Made by a program: the position numbers and the translations under genes | Shown here: piece after piece, positions 30,168-44,117 of the stretch | Layout of the letters: the number at the start of each line of letters is the position of its first letter | Position numbering within the stretch: the first letter of the stretch is position 1 | The notes under the pieces: generated by a model | Databases searched by the model: none | What the model saw: only the letters and a program-made list of their open reading frames with translations | What the model was told of the DNA's origin: nothing | Assembly (NCBI RefSeq): GCF_009914755.1 | Contig: NC_060932.1 | DNA from: the human T2T-CHM13v2.0 reference genome, Homo sapiens | Strand: one strand, 5' to 3' | Length of the DNA stretch: 64,000 nt

Positions 30168-30362
30168 TAATATTCTTTTGTGATAATTTTCCATACTATG
30201 AATGGCAAGATAACCCACCAGTGGATGTCTTTATTTTTTTTTTCATTTAATACTTAGGTACTTTCCATTATTTTTCCATTAAAAACAAAAATTATTCTTT
30301 TGAAGTTTATTTTGAAGTTGTAATTACTTCCTGAGGATAGATACCTTAAAAATGAGTTACTA

Positions 30363-30656
<294 letters not shown>

Positions 30657-32440
30657 TTACTCAGTTAACAAAGTAAATATTTTGATACTTCTGCAATATT
30701 TACATTTTTAACAGCTGTATATGAGGCAATATTTTTGCACTCATGACAAAGAAAACTTTCTTTTACATGAGTTTTCATATCATTATCAAATATTAGCTGT
30801 TGTCTTCATCACTGAATGTTCACGTTTCTTTTCATTTTGCCAGTAGTGTTCAGTATTGCTTACAAATTTTATGAGTTATATATAAGAGGTACCAAATTTT
30901 GTACCAATTATTTGTTGTAAAAATGTATTGCTTGGTTTTAATTTTATGATGTTTATGAACTATAAAGAATTTAATTGTCATATAACCAAAGAAATCTATT
31001 TTTGGTTACTTTTTTCATTCTTTTTATGCTTAGAAAGTCTTTTCCCCTACCATATCATATAAATAGTAACTGGATTCTTTTTTTCTGGTTTAATTTTTTT
31101 TCTTTTTAAAAGACATTTATTAGTAAATCACACTCTAAAATTAAGAGGAGACATGGAAAAAATCCATGCTTTGGGATCAGAAGATTGGGCTTTCTATTCC
31201 TAATTAAGTCTGTGATCTTAGACACATCAACTCACATCCTAGAGTTAATTGGGTATCATAACACTAATTATCTGGGACTGTTATTGTAAAGGAACTATAA
31301 AATGGCTAGATCCCAAAAATGTTATTTCTTCCTCTTTCTCCCCTTTTCACATATGTTCATTCTTACAGTTCCTGACATTTTCTCATCTGGAATGACTCTG
31401 TCGCCTTTATCCTGTAAATTCTACCTAGTCATTATTATCATCTCTTCCTTAAAAACAGTTCCTGATCTCACATCCCTCCTTCGGGTTGCATTCTTGAGGT
31501 TATAATAAAGTACTAAATTTATTTTTCATAGTTTTTCATTGTGTGTGTGTGTGTTCCCTCTCATCGCATAGCTATCTCTTCCAGCAAACTCAGTGTTTAA
31601 AATATGAACAGATTTTGCTAGATGTTGTGGAGGATGCAAAAGAAGATCTGAAACTCTAGGCTTCCTACCCTACCCAAACCAAGGAGATAGTACTTTTAAA
31701 AGATAAAGGGAACGGACAAACTAATCCCAGACATGTACACCAAGCAAGGAATGGCAAATGATGTATCATAGGTTATATCCTCTTCCTGATGCATTTCAGA
31801 ACTCTGGAGCTGTTCCCAGTCTCCAGAGTTCAGACCTCAAACTGAAATACTTCTAGATGACCTTGGCTCCACCTGCTAGAACCCACTTCTTCCTGTCTCC
31901 TAGGGGAAAACATTTCCTGCAAAGAACCACACCCTCCTCATTTGGCTGCTCCTCAGGAGAGCTCTTGTCTGTGCAGGCTGCAAATGCAGCTAATTAGGTG
32001 TGGTGACTGGCTTCAGCCTTTCCTGTGCTTTTCCCTTTTCTCCCACTCCCAGTCCCTTTTCTCGTTAGACTGAAGAGGTCCCCTTAGATAGAGCATGATT
32101 TCCAAATCAGAGTGGTGGAGGCAATCAGGAGTTACCTAAAGCCATTAAAGATCCTTCATTAACATGGAGTGCCCCTTTGTAATGAACCATGTGGCCAGAA
32201 AGAGGAAGGAGGTTTAACCTCTTTACAGAGAAGCAGCCTCAGATGCTGAAGGTTTCACTGTCCAAGATACAGGCAGCAGCTTGCAACAGATCTGCCTGTA
32301 AAGCTTAATAGAGCAAAGATTTTGGAGCCTGCTAGACTGAACCGTGAGTCAAAACCACCACTTATTGGCTCAGAGACCATGGGCAAATCAATGAATGTCT
32401 CTGCCCCTGAAATTTTTAATCTCTAAAGTGGATCAATGTA

Positions 32441-32897
32441 TGTCTACGGTGAACCCCAAATATCTAAGTCAGGTCTCCAGTCAATTTAGAAAGTTTATTT
32501 TGCCAAAGTTAAGGACGCGTGTCTGTCACACAGCCTCAGAAGGTCCTGACGACATGTGCCCAAGGTGGCCGGGGTACACCTTGGTTTTATACATTTTAGG
32601 GAGACAGGAGACCTCAATCAATATATGAAGCTGTACATTAATTTGGTCCAGAAAGGCAGGACAACTGGATGCAGAGAGGAGGCTTCCAGGTAACAGGTAA
32701 ATAAGACACAAAAAGTTGCATTCTTTTGATTTCTGATTAGCCTTTCCAAAGGAAGTAATCAGATATACATTTATCTCAGTGAACAGAGGGATGACTTTGA
32801 AAAGAATGGGAGGCCGATTTGCCCCAAACAGTTGCCAGCTTGATTTTTCCCTTTAACTTAGTGATTTGGGGGTCCCAAGATTTGTTTTCCTTTCACA
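32441..32897 (-). mobile_element. MER4A-like ERV1 solo LTR inserted in a MIR
   Basis: GAAAGTTTATTTTGCCAA, CACAGCCTCAGAAGGTCCTGACGACATGTGCCCAAGGTGG and the TTTTCCTTTCACA end are MER4A-like. MIR-like sequence lies on both sides. Confidence 0.85.
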
Positions 32898-32992
32898 CTA
32901 CTATGTGCTTACTGTTGAGATGATTTAGTGAGGCAGTCTGCAAAAACTGTTTAATATAGAACTCTGTGCTCAATAAATAACAGCTATTATTA

Positions 32993-34311
32993 CAGTAGTC
33001 CCCCTTTATCCACAGGGCATATGTTCCAAGACTCTCAGTGGATGCCTGAAACCCAATACGTGCATATAGTACAACGATTTTTCCTACACATGCAGAGCTA
33101 CAATCAAGTTTAAGTTATCAGTTAGGCACACTAAGATATTAACGACAATAACTAATAACAAAATAGAACAATTATAACACTATCTTGTTCACAATTTCAC
33201 AGATAGAAGATTTGCTCTTACTATATCTCTTAGCAACCTCAGCATACAATTTCTTTTCTTTCCTTATGGAGAATTTTCACCTTTTCACTTAAAAAAAGCC
33301 CTTGATGGCTTCTCTTTGGCAGATCTGAATTGCCAGCATCACTAAGGTTGCATTTGGGGGCAATTATGAATAAATGAAGTGGCGTCACTCATCTGGGGTA
33401 ATACCTGAGGTTCCTTGTCCCACGGCCATGGAAAACTAGGATTTGGATACACCAGGGTGAGGTTCAGAGCAGAAGTTCAATAGGCAAAAGAAAGAGAAAA
33501 GCTCTCTAACTGCAGAGAGGGTTCCCAGAGAAAATGAGTTGCCAGTTCCTTTGTGAAATGAACAGGGTTTCATAGACTACCTTGAGGAAGTGGTGTCTGA
33601 TTTGCATAGGGAACAAAGAACTATTTGGACCAGATGTGCCATTTACATAGTGTGCAAAGAGGCTGGCTGCCCCAGCCGAATCTGTCATTATGCAGACCGG
33701 TTCTCTACCTGGCCGATGCCATGTTGCCTGCTTCTTTACTGTACACGTGGCGACAAAAATAAAGGGAAGATGGAGCCTCCATGTTGAATATACCTGGCTT
33801 TCAAGTAGCCCTTTTCTATTGGCACAGCTGCTGGCACTCACCTGTGCAATCTTCCAGCTTGCTTAGGTCTGCAGCTCCATTTTTCAGGCTGCTCTTTGTG
33901 AGAAAAGAAATAATTTGGGGACTGCTCTTTATTAAAAGGGAAATTCCACCGAGGACCCTCTTACCCTCACTATCTGCCTAAATAATTTCTTTTTAGCTCC
34001 TGTATCATAAGGGCGACTCGAACCTAAGCACTACAATTCCACCGCAGTCGGTTTAATAACCAAGAGGGCTCCTAAGTGACTAGTGGGCGGGGAGTAGAGA
34101 CAGCGTGGGTCCTCTGGTTAAAAGGATTCATGTCCTTGATGGAGGTAGAGCAGGATGATGTAAAATTTTATCACACTACTCAGAATGGTGTGCAATTTTA
34201 AACGCAGACATCTTTTATTTCTGAAATTTCATGTTTAATATTTTCAGATTACAGCTGACCATGGGTGGCTAAAACCCACAGAAAGTGAAGCTGTGGATGA
34301 CGGGACTGCTG
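32993..34311. mobile_element. TcMar-Tigger (Tigger2/MER8/MER28-like) non-autonomous DNA transposon, interrupted by an LTR
   Basis: TA|CAGTAGTCCCCCTTTATCCACAG ... CTGTGGATGACGGGACTGCTG|TA: imperfect terminal inverted repeats and a TA TSD. Confidence 0.85.
33375..34007 (-). mobile_element. ERV1 solo LTR (MER50/LTR9-like) nested in the Tigger
   Basis: Minus-strand start TGATACAGGAGCTAAAAAGAAATTATTTAGGCAGATAGTGAGGGTAAGAG, with TG...CA termini. Confidence 0.8.
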
Positions 34312-35825
34312 TATTGGGTGCCCGAGTGCTGTCACACTGAGGGCCTGATACTTCAAATTGAGAAAGAGCTTTCCTCATAGTACCTAACTTGACCTCATAC
34401 TGTCTACAAGGCTTCAGGGTAAGGTAGGTATTTTATCTCCATGGATTCTGTAGGGTTTTGTTTGTTTTTTTGTTTTTTCCCAGATCTGATAAGTAGCAAA
34501 TCCAGGACTCAAAGCCCTCCCTAGAGGATCCAGGGCACTTTTCCCCTGGCCACAGGCGCTCTTGCCTTTCCAGCAGAGGAGCTCCAATTTGCGGAGGCCG
34601 TGATTCCCCTGTAATAACGAGCTTCTAAACAACGAACAGTGGTTTGTTTGGTTTGTTTTCATTCCATCTACTGGAATCAGCCAGGTAGTATTGAAGCCCA
34701 GAAGCCTCGCTACTGTGTGCTATCAATTTGTTCAATGATTATTCGAGGAGCAGGTGATTTCCATTAGATGGTCCATTAAAGGGGGATGTGTGTCTTTCAA
34801 ACTGGAAACTCTCAGCAAACAGAGAAGCAGAACTGGCTGCTCTGCCTCCCTAGGAGCCACTGTCCCCAGGCTCACCTTGGGTGGGAAGGATAACAATGTG
34901 GTTATCTGGGTGTTGTGTGGTCAGGCCGGGTACTAGACTCTGAACATATCCACTGCCAACTGTTACCTTACCCAGCAGTGAGAAGGATATGAGATGGGTC
35001 AGGGAGGGAAAATGACAACCAGTGTGTGACAGACAGGTTTAGAAGAAGACTCCAGAAACCAAAAGAGCTCCCAGAAGCTTATTTTCTAGCTGGAGAAGGG
35101 GTTAGGGAGAACTCACAAAGCCAAGAAGAAAGTCCTAGATGATCCTTCTAACATCACCATGATCTTTCTGGGGAAAATGAGTTAATTAACTTCTACCTTT
35201 CTGTGTTTTTGTTTTGTATGGGCATATTAAATGGGGAAAATTGTTAAGACTCTCACACTTATGTCTTGATTTCTGTGTTAGACCTTGATAACCTATGACT
35301 GAGATCATCTTGTAACATGGTCTTTCCTGCAAGAAAAGCCCATGCTCAGGACGACATTTTGAGTGGAGATGCAATAAACGAGTTTATTTTTTAATTCTTT
35401 CACTAAGTTTACTAATCCAAGGATGGTGATCCAGGACAAGGATGAACTTTGCAAACCTAAATCCTCTCTGGATTTTCACACGTTACCTGTGTTACACGCA
35501 ACCACCCTGCCTAGTTATACTAATGAGATTCATATCCATAGCCCCGAACACTTGTCCTTCCAGTTTCATTGAGGTGAGCACCAAGGTAATTGCCAGGAAA
35601 GTCGTCAAGGGCTCTCCTGTATCTCATTGTTAATCAGGACTGCATTTCTTTCCCCCTATTCTGATCAGGGACTGCAAAGACGTGATTTCTGAAGGGTTTA
35701 TTTGGCATACCCCTGGGGGAAAAAGAAAAAAAAAAACCACACAACTTTTCCTTATAAAGGGGGGTGGAAGTGATGGAAGTTGTGGGGGGGGTGTTGGCAG
35801 TTCCCTAAGAGCAAAAGTTAGACAG

Positions 35826-35844
35826 TATTGCCCTCTGGTGGCAA
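35826..35844 (-). promoter_or_regulatory. Candidate CTCF binding site
   Basis: Minus strand reads TTGCCACCAGAGGGCAATA, against the CTCF consensus TGGCCACCAGGGGGCGCTA. It lies in apparently non-repetitive sequence. Confidence 0.7.
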
Positions 35845-36668
35845 AATTTCCCAAGAGCGACCTTTGCTTTGAAGGAACTGCAATGACACTGGCTCATCAG
35901 GGACTGGACACAGGGCGCGCGGGACACAGCATACGTGCATGCGGAGAGGAAGGGGTCACTTGCTCAGAGTTGGCCATTCCATAGAGAGTTGCTACCTTGA
36001 CAAGCAAATAAAATCTTGCCACCAAATTGCTGTGCTTTCTCCTTTCACTGTCTCTCCTAGCCACAAAGGATTTGATCTTTATCTCATCTGTAGTACTCCC
36101 TTTTCTCCCATCAGTTCAATGCTTGTTAGAAATGAGATTAGAAGATATTTTAAAACTCAGAGGATTTGCCAAATCAAAGGTTTTGCCAAATAAGCTTACC
36201 ATTCATCCTTATGACTGCTTGCCATCATAGGGTTTTCTTTTTTTCTCTGAAATACTATGTGTGTGGATGAATTGGGGTAGCTCTGCTTTCGCAGTTTGAA
36301 GAACAAATTCTTCTGCCTGGGTCTCAGTTTCCTCCTTTTTAAATAGAATGAACAGGATTAAGTGCTAAACAGATTTAATGCTCAATGACTCTTGTACCCC
36401 AATACTTATCTATATAGTTTTTGCATTTTATATTCCAAAGACCCATACTTCAAGGACATGCTGAAAAAAGAAAATACATGTATTAATGCAAACAGCTCCA
36501 CATGAAGGGCATTGCATAGAAAGGCAGCTTTTAGACAAATGCAATTAAAATTACAATACTGATGAAGAAACTCAGAAATACCAATAAGGAAGGCAACATT
36601 ACCCTTTGATGGGAGAAAGAACAAAGCTGGGTGAATAAGTAAAGCTCTGCATAAGAATATGTTAATCA

Positions 36669-37647
36669 TGTAAATTTGCTTGAGTTCTTTGTAGATTCTG
36701 GATATTAGCCCTTTGTCAGATGCGTAGATTGCAAAAATTTTCTCCCATTCTGTAGGTTGCCTGTTCACTCTGACGGTAGTTTCTTTTGCTGTGCAAAGCT
36801 CTTTAGTTTAATTAGAAGGATATGAACAGCCACTTCTCAAAAGAAGACATTTATGCAACCAACAGACACATGAAAAAATGCTCATCATCACTGGCCATCA
36901 GAGAAATGCAAATTAAAACCACAATGAGATACCATCTCACACCAGTTAGAATGGCGATCATTAAAAAGTCAGGAAACAACAGGTGCTGGAGAGGATGTGG
37001 AGAAATAGGAGCACTTTTCCACTGTTGGTGGGACTGTAAACTAGTTCAACCATTGTGGAAGTCAGTGTGGCGATTCCTCAGGGAACTAGAACTAGAAATA
37101 CGATTTGACCCAGCCATCCCATTACTGGGTATATACCCAAAGGATTATAAATCATGCTGCTATAAAGACACATGCACAAGCATGTTTATTGAGGCACTAT
37201 TCACAATAGCAAAGACTTGGAACCAACCCAAAGGTCCAACAATGATAGAGTGGGTTAAGAAAATGTGGCACATACACACCATGGAATACTATGCAGCCAT
37301 AAAAAAGGATGAGTTCATGTCCTTTGTAGGGACATGGATGAAGCTGGAAACCATCATTCTCAGCAAACTATCGCAAGGACAAAAAACCAAACACCGCATG
37401 TTCTCACTCATAGGTGGGAATTGAACAATGAGAACACATGGACACAGGAAGGGGAACATCACACACCGGGGCCTGTTGTGGGGTTGGGGGGAGTGGGGAG
37501 GGATAGCATTAGGAGATATACCTAATGTAAATTGCGAGTTAATGGATGCAGCACACCAACATGGCACACGTCGTATACATATGTAACAAACCTGCACGTT
37601 GTGCACATGTACCCTAAAACTTAGAGTATAATAATAATAACAATACA
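36669..37647 (+). mobile_element. Young L1PA with 5' inversion (twin priming) and 16-bp TSD
   Basis: 36669-36816 is antisense L1 and 36815-37647 is sense L1 (200-aa ORF2p C-terminus ORF 36822-37424). AAGAATATGTTAATCA at 36653-36668 and 37648-37663. Confidence 0.96.
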
Positions 37648-39825
37648 AAGAATATGTTAATCAGTCCAGGGTATTTCATTTGCCTCATGCATGCACCTTA
37701 TAGCATTTGTTTGTATTTTCTTGTAAATATGTGAATTACAATAAATTATATTATGAGAGTTATTTTATCTATGGTGTTTTAGTTTCTCTCTTAACTGAAA
37801 AACTACTGGGCTGTCTTCAAACCAAAGGTGGACCTAACGGCCAGTCCTTTCAACTCCTGCCAGAGCTCGCAAGGCGACAGGAGGCTGTGGAGAGGAGTGT
37901 TTGCATGAACGTGCAATTCAACGAGATCTGATACAGAAAAGATGGCTTTCATTTCCTATGCTGTTGGGGGGTGACAACTGTTTTTTAACCTAAGCCTCAA
38001 GTTGGGACTCAAACAAATACACAGCTCATTGTAATTAGGATTTCAGAAACACATTCACACAGCACCCATGGAAATAATGCAACCAGTCACTGGGCCAATG
38101 CTTGGTGATTTGCTTTAGTCTTTTAATGATAGACCACTAATTCCAAACAGGAGAGGTAGAGAGGATGGGCAAAGGGCTGGCATCAGAAGCTTGGCCAGAG
38201 TTGCTGGTCAGAACTGCCAACAGTAAGCCTCCACTGCTGTCTCCTTCACTCCGCTTTGTGGTGGACATTAAGCATTCCAATAAAATCACCAGCTTGATGC
38301 TCAGCTGGCCTGATTGCTGAGGAGACTGATTGCATTATTCATTCTCATGAAAAGATTTTTAGGACTCTCAAGGATCTATAGAGATTATATTAAAAAGAAA
38401 AAGCTCCATAGTTATCGACAGTTTAATTTATCCTCCTGTTCTCTCAAAAGGAACAAAATCACAGAAGACAATAGACAGAGCCTGAACAGAAAACAGGTTT
38501 TTGCTGAGGCTGAATGAGTTTGGAAGCCCTGCATGTTATGGGATTGGGTGCCCCTCTCTTAGTCTTTTATTTTTTTTTATTCATTTCCCCTTTCCACTTT
38601 TTTTCCAGAGAGATTCCTCTATCTTCTTTAAAAAATAAATAAACAAAAAATAAACAACACCCCCTCCACCAAAAAAAAAAAAAAACACCAAAAAAGGCCC
38701 AAAACAACAAAAGCTTCTGCTTGCTAATTCCCTATGAAATACTTCCATCTACTGGCTGAATGGAGAAGACTCATGTTTTAACTCTTGTTGTTGAATTTGT
38801 ACCACAATTTATGAACACCACTCTTCAAGTATTTAATACAAAAAATTAGGAATCGCAAATCCAAAAATTAAAGAAACTGACAAATGTTTTACTTTGTATT
38901 TAGCAATAGACCCAGGTCATACGCCCACGTATTTGATATAGGTACGAACATACAAATGCACTTTGCAAACACTTAAAATGAGGCACAGATCTGCAGTACT
39001 GCAGAAAACAAATTGGTGAGAAAAAAGGAATTGAGAGACTAGGGAGAGCAACGGTAAGAGATGATCTTTCTGTCAAGCCAGTCAGGATATTTCAAATCAG
39101 ACCACATAGGGAACAAGGCCGTGGCGTTAGAGATGAAATCAGAGACAGTGGCCAAGGTAACCACATTCTCTCTATGAAGAAAAGTAATTCCGTGAGGTCT
39201 AAAAAGAAACCAAATTGGATTTCAAGTTACATTATTAAAGGGGAAGCCTTCAATAAAAAGCCATTCAGAAATGATGCTTCTTCCTTTGTGTTCATTTTTT
39301 AAAAGAGTCCATTTGGAGAATGAGGTCAGATTCTAGAAATATGGTAAGGTGTTTACAGTCTGTTACAGAAATAATCTAAGATTATAGAATAAAAGATTGG
39401 TAGTATGTCAATGCCAGAAGGGATCTCAGAGATCAGTTCAGACTCTACATTGATGAGAAAACTATGCTTCAGGGAGCATAAGAAATTTGTTCTGAGTCTT
39501 ATATTTCAGAAGTATATTAACAAATTCAACAAAAAATACAAATAAAACTCAGGGTTTCCATATGGATTTTAAATGCATTATATTGTTTGTAATATTCTTT
39601 CGAGAGTTGTTAGTTTCTAAAAGCAGATCCATATGCACAACAGAGCATCACAGACATCCTGCTATTGGGTTAACATTTATATCACAGTGAAACATCTTCC
39701 TGCGGTTTGTCCATTTAGAATAAACAGGGAACAACAGACTGCAGAGAAAACACAGTGCCTTTTTCAAAGGGTAAGTCTCAATAAGTCATGGGTCTAAACA
39801 AAATACGGATTGAATTATGTTCCCT

Positions 39826-39975
39826 CATTAGCTGGGCGTGGTGGTGTGTGCCTATAATCCCAGCTACTCAGGAGGCTGAGGCAGGAGAATCACTTGAACC
39901 TGGGAGGTTAGTGAACTGAGATCGCACCACTACACTCCAGCCTGCCTGACAGAGCGAGACTCTGTAGAAAAAAGG
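39826..39975 (+). mobile_element. Alu right-arm fragment
   Basis: TTAGCTGGGCGTGGTGG...GACAGAGCGAGACTCTG, with GTTCCCTCA on both flanks. Confidence 0.85.
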
Positions 39976-40507
39976 AAGGTTCCCTCAAAAAGAAGCTTCT
40001 CGGAAAGTAATTAATATGTTATGTACCCTACTGGTGAAATGTAAAAAGAGGAGTTAAACCAAAAATGAATCCTTAAGGAGGTCTAAGTAAAGACTTGGTG
40101 ACTTAAATAACTCCATGTACACACCTTGAGAAAGTGAAGCTGTAATCTTTAAGTCAATTTCCTTAGTGAGAGATATAAGAACTCAGCAAGGAGAGATTTC
40201 CCTGGAAGCAGCTGGCTGTAATGGGCTTTCACCATGACTCTAGTGCTCTGTGGCATTACAGCCGTTTCCATCCCCAACTTCAGACCTGCTTCTGCCATTG
40301 ACTGGCTGCATGAATTGAGGACTGAGGCTTAGCATTTCTCAACAGTGCAATTTCCCAATGGTATGAATGTGCTCTGAGGATATAAAAAAAAGCTCTGCTT
40401 ATAGAAATAGAGAAATGTGGGGTTATAGCATTAAGTGCAATGGATGGATTTAGGCACTTAAAAAGGCAACATTACAATATAACTTATTACTTCCAGAAGC
40501 ATTGCAA

Positions 40508-40509
<2 letters not shown>

Positions 40510-40541
<32 letters not shown>
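40510..40541. repeat. (CA)n microsatellite
   Basis: Directly visible. Confidence 0.95.
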
Positions 40542-40543
<2 letters not shown>

Positions 40544-41197
40544 ATTCCTGAGTGCTGCTATCTACACTTAAAAATGTAATTCTTACTTTCCTTTCTCAGA
40601 TATGGCATGTTGCTTGAAGAGAATAAATTTTTAAAATTAAACATTTATTCAATCCCATTATAAAGTATAATTTTGCAGAATATTTGAGTGCCCAGAGGTA
40701 AATTACAGAAATGTGTACAAAGTGAAGCAATTTTTCTAATCAAATCACTGACATGTTAAAAAATTCATCTGAACTTAAAAAAAAAGGAAAAAAAAAGAAA
40801 AGATTCCGTAGCACAGTCTTCACTTCTTAGATTTACTATTAAAGGCATGGCAGTGAAAAGCCCCCAGAACTACCCAGAGGTATCACTCAGAGACCCAGGA
40901 TCACCTTTGAGGCTTCCTGGCCCTCATGTCCCAAATGCTGATTTTTCCCCAGACATCACTCACACCTGCCCACTTGTGTCTCTTCCCACCAGCCCCATCC
41001 CATCAGGACTAGCGTCCTGTCACTATCGAGACCAGCAGTCTCTGCATGAAAACCAGTGTGATGCTTTTACAATCGAAATGCAATGACTTACCTCCCTTCT
41101 TTAGAACCTATCAAATATTTCCTCTTGACCTTAGGATAAAGTTGTTCTTGGTTTAGCCTAAGCTGGAACACAAAGCCTTGCATAATCTGGTTCCCTT

Positions 41198-41542
41198 TGA
41201 GACAGCCAGGTTGGAAAGGGTCCCCGGAAAACCTCCAACGAGCCTGCGCACTAGGAGAAATGCGCACTGGGGTGGAGACACAGAAGTTCGTGCCCTTTGG
41301 AGCAGGGAGGAGCCTGGTCCCTCCTCTTCCTGTGTGGAACCCGGTATTCAAGCTGCAGGCGGGAAGCGCTCTAGCAGGGGCTCGCCTTGCGAGAGTCCCT
41401 GATTCGAGCCTCTTTTCTTCCTCTTCAATCAATACTACTCTCTCCTACTCACCATTCAAACCGTCTATGAGCCTAAATTTTCACGGCCATGGGACGGACA
41501 AGGACCCCGTCTTTAGCCGAACTAAGGAAAAGTCCTGCAACA
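41198..41542 (+). mobile_element. Intact ERV1 solo LTR (MER61-like) with 4-bp TSD CCTT
   Basis: TGAGACAGCCAGG...GGAAAAGTCCTGCAACA, with CCTT at 41194-41197 and 41543-41546. Relatively CpG-rich. Confidence 0.85.
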
Positions 41543-41607
41543 CCTTTATACACGCCCAGCCTTCTTTTGGGTCACTGTGTTCCATCTGGCCGATGATTAA
41601 TGCACTT

Positions 41608-41898
<291 letters not shown>

Positions 41899-42386
41899 TC
41901 AGCCTGATCATGTTCTACCCCAGCCTCCTTAACCCCTTCTGTTGTCCTGGCCTGGGAAGCTTCTCATTCTACAGACCTCAGCTTCAAACATGACGTATTT
42001 GAGGTAGCTTTCCTGACCCCCTCGATCCTCACCAGATTAGTTTATTTTCTAAACACTTTTTGCAGTTTGTTATTGTAAATGTCTTCCTCAGTTGACTCTC
42101 TTCTATGAGGGAATGAACTAGATTTGTTTTGGTGTCCCTGGTGCTCCCAGTCCTTGGTATAAGGTAATTGTTAAACACATACATACACACACACACACAC
42201 ACGACGAAGATTCTAGCTTGCAGCTGGTAGTCAAAAAAATAGTTACTGTTTTTTATCCTTATCAAACCATCAAGTACAAGGAGAGTACTATCTTAATTAC
42301 TGTGAAGGGTATCATTGCTTCAAAGTTCCCTACCTTCCAAGTTCTGAACACTGAACTGCTACCAAGCTACGAAGGGCTTTGCCTAG

Positions 42387-42731
<345 letters not shown>

Positions 42732-42802
42732 ATAATTACCAAATTTAAATTTGCAAAGATGGTGACACTTTGACACTTGATCCAAATCAGGTGCCCTTTT
42801 CA

Positions 42803-42804
<2 letters not shown>

Positions 42805-42844
<40 letters not shown>

Positions 42845-42862
42845 ACACACATGCACACACAC
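42805..42862. repeat. (CA)n microsatellite
   Basis: Directly visible. Confidence 0.95.
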
Positions 42863-42984
42863 TATGAACCATGCATTACACACTATGGATGATGCTTTCA
42901 TCACAAGAACAGTTTGCCGTCAAAGATGGAGAATATGGAGCAGAGAAATCTGGATAACTTAGGTTAAGGTTCATGCAGATTCAG

Positions 42985-43430
42985 TATTTCATTCACCTAA
43001 CAAATATTTTTGAGGATCAGCAATGTATTCATTCAATCGCCAAATATTTACGAAGTCTACACATTCCCAGGTATGTGCCAGGTACAATACTAGACACAGA
43101 GTAATCGGTGATGAGTAAAGCGGAAATGATATCCCGTGCTTGTGGAGCTTATAGTCTTGTGAAAGGAGATAGAAAATAAACCAGGCAACAAGTAAATCAC
43201 ATAACAACAAATCTTGAGTACCATGAAGTGCTATAAAAGAAAGGGTCAGAAAGCCGTAAGAGAGACCAAGGGAGAACTGAAGGACAACAAAATAGCAGCC
43301 ACTATTGAAGTGAGTGCTCTGGGCAGAGGGAACAGAGGCATTGTGCTATAAGGGCCTGGACCAGGAAAAGGTTTGCATGTCCTCATAGCTAAGAGGAGGC
43401 AGTATGATTGGAGCGCAGCATAGATGATGT
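42985..43430. mobile_element. L2 LINE fragment
   Basis: TTCATTCA-type tail, ATGTGCCAGGTACAATACTAG and GGAGCTTATAGTCT are typical decayed L2 3' motifs. Confidence 0.6.
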
Positions 43431-43442
43431 GTCGTGGGATGG

Positions 43443-43548
43443 GAGGTGACCAGTCTCTGTGGTTTGCCAGGACTAGGCGGTTTCTCCAGTCACTGGACTT
43501 TCAGTTTTGAACCTGGGACAGTTCTGAACAGGGACTGTTCGTCACTGT
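43443..43548. mobile_element. MER94-like hAT MITE
   Basis: GGTGACCAGTC..GGTTTGCCAGGACT ... GGGACTGTTCGTCAC: imperfect terminal inverted repeat. Confidence 0.55.
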
Positions 43549-43778
43549 AGGTTCAAGATGGGTTTGAAGAGACTGATTTTGAAACCACCTGCACATTTTT
43601 CTACTCATTTGCAGACAGTAATATTATTATCGTGATAACAGCATATTAGAGGGACAAACTACCTGCCTGTTCGAATTGAATGGAATCCTTTTTGTGTTCA
43701 TAAAGCAATATCTGCAAAAAGGGAAGAGGTGCCCAGGATGCATCATAATACAGCAGAATCGAAATACTTTGAAAATAG

Positions 43779-44117
43779 TGTTAGCCCAAGCAGCGCCATC
43801 CTGTAAACCCCTGCCATTTTGCACACCCTGGTTAGGGTGGAAAATTCCCCTGGAGGGGCTCGGGCCATGAGAAACATCCTGGCAGGTCCCAGGCCTAACC
43901 GTCTGACTGCAGGAAATTCTTCCTTTATCACATCCTGCCCTGCAGCGACCCATACTGCCCCACCTCTCCTGTCGGGACCTACAACTGCTCCAGTCTGTAA
44001 GCGGGGCTTGGGCTCCAGCGCTGTCTGGTGTTCCCCTTCTGCAAGTCTTTGTCCAATAAACCTGTGTTGCTGTTGAGCGACCTCCCCTTGTCTCTGTTTC
44101 TTTTCTCCATCCTAACA
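43779..44117 (+). mobile_element. ERVL-class solo LTR (LTR18-like)
   Basis: TGTTAG...CTAACA terminal inverted repeat, AATAAA at ~44055, and 5-bp flanks AATAG/AACAG. Confidence 0.75.

Noticed and set aside
36822-37424. 200-aa ORF as a host gene
   Set aside because: It is the L1 ORF2p C-terminus inside a truncated insertion, with no promoter, endonuclease or RT domain.
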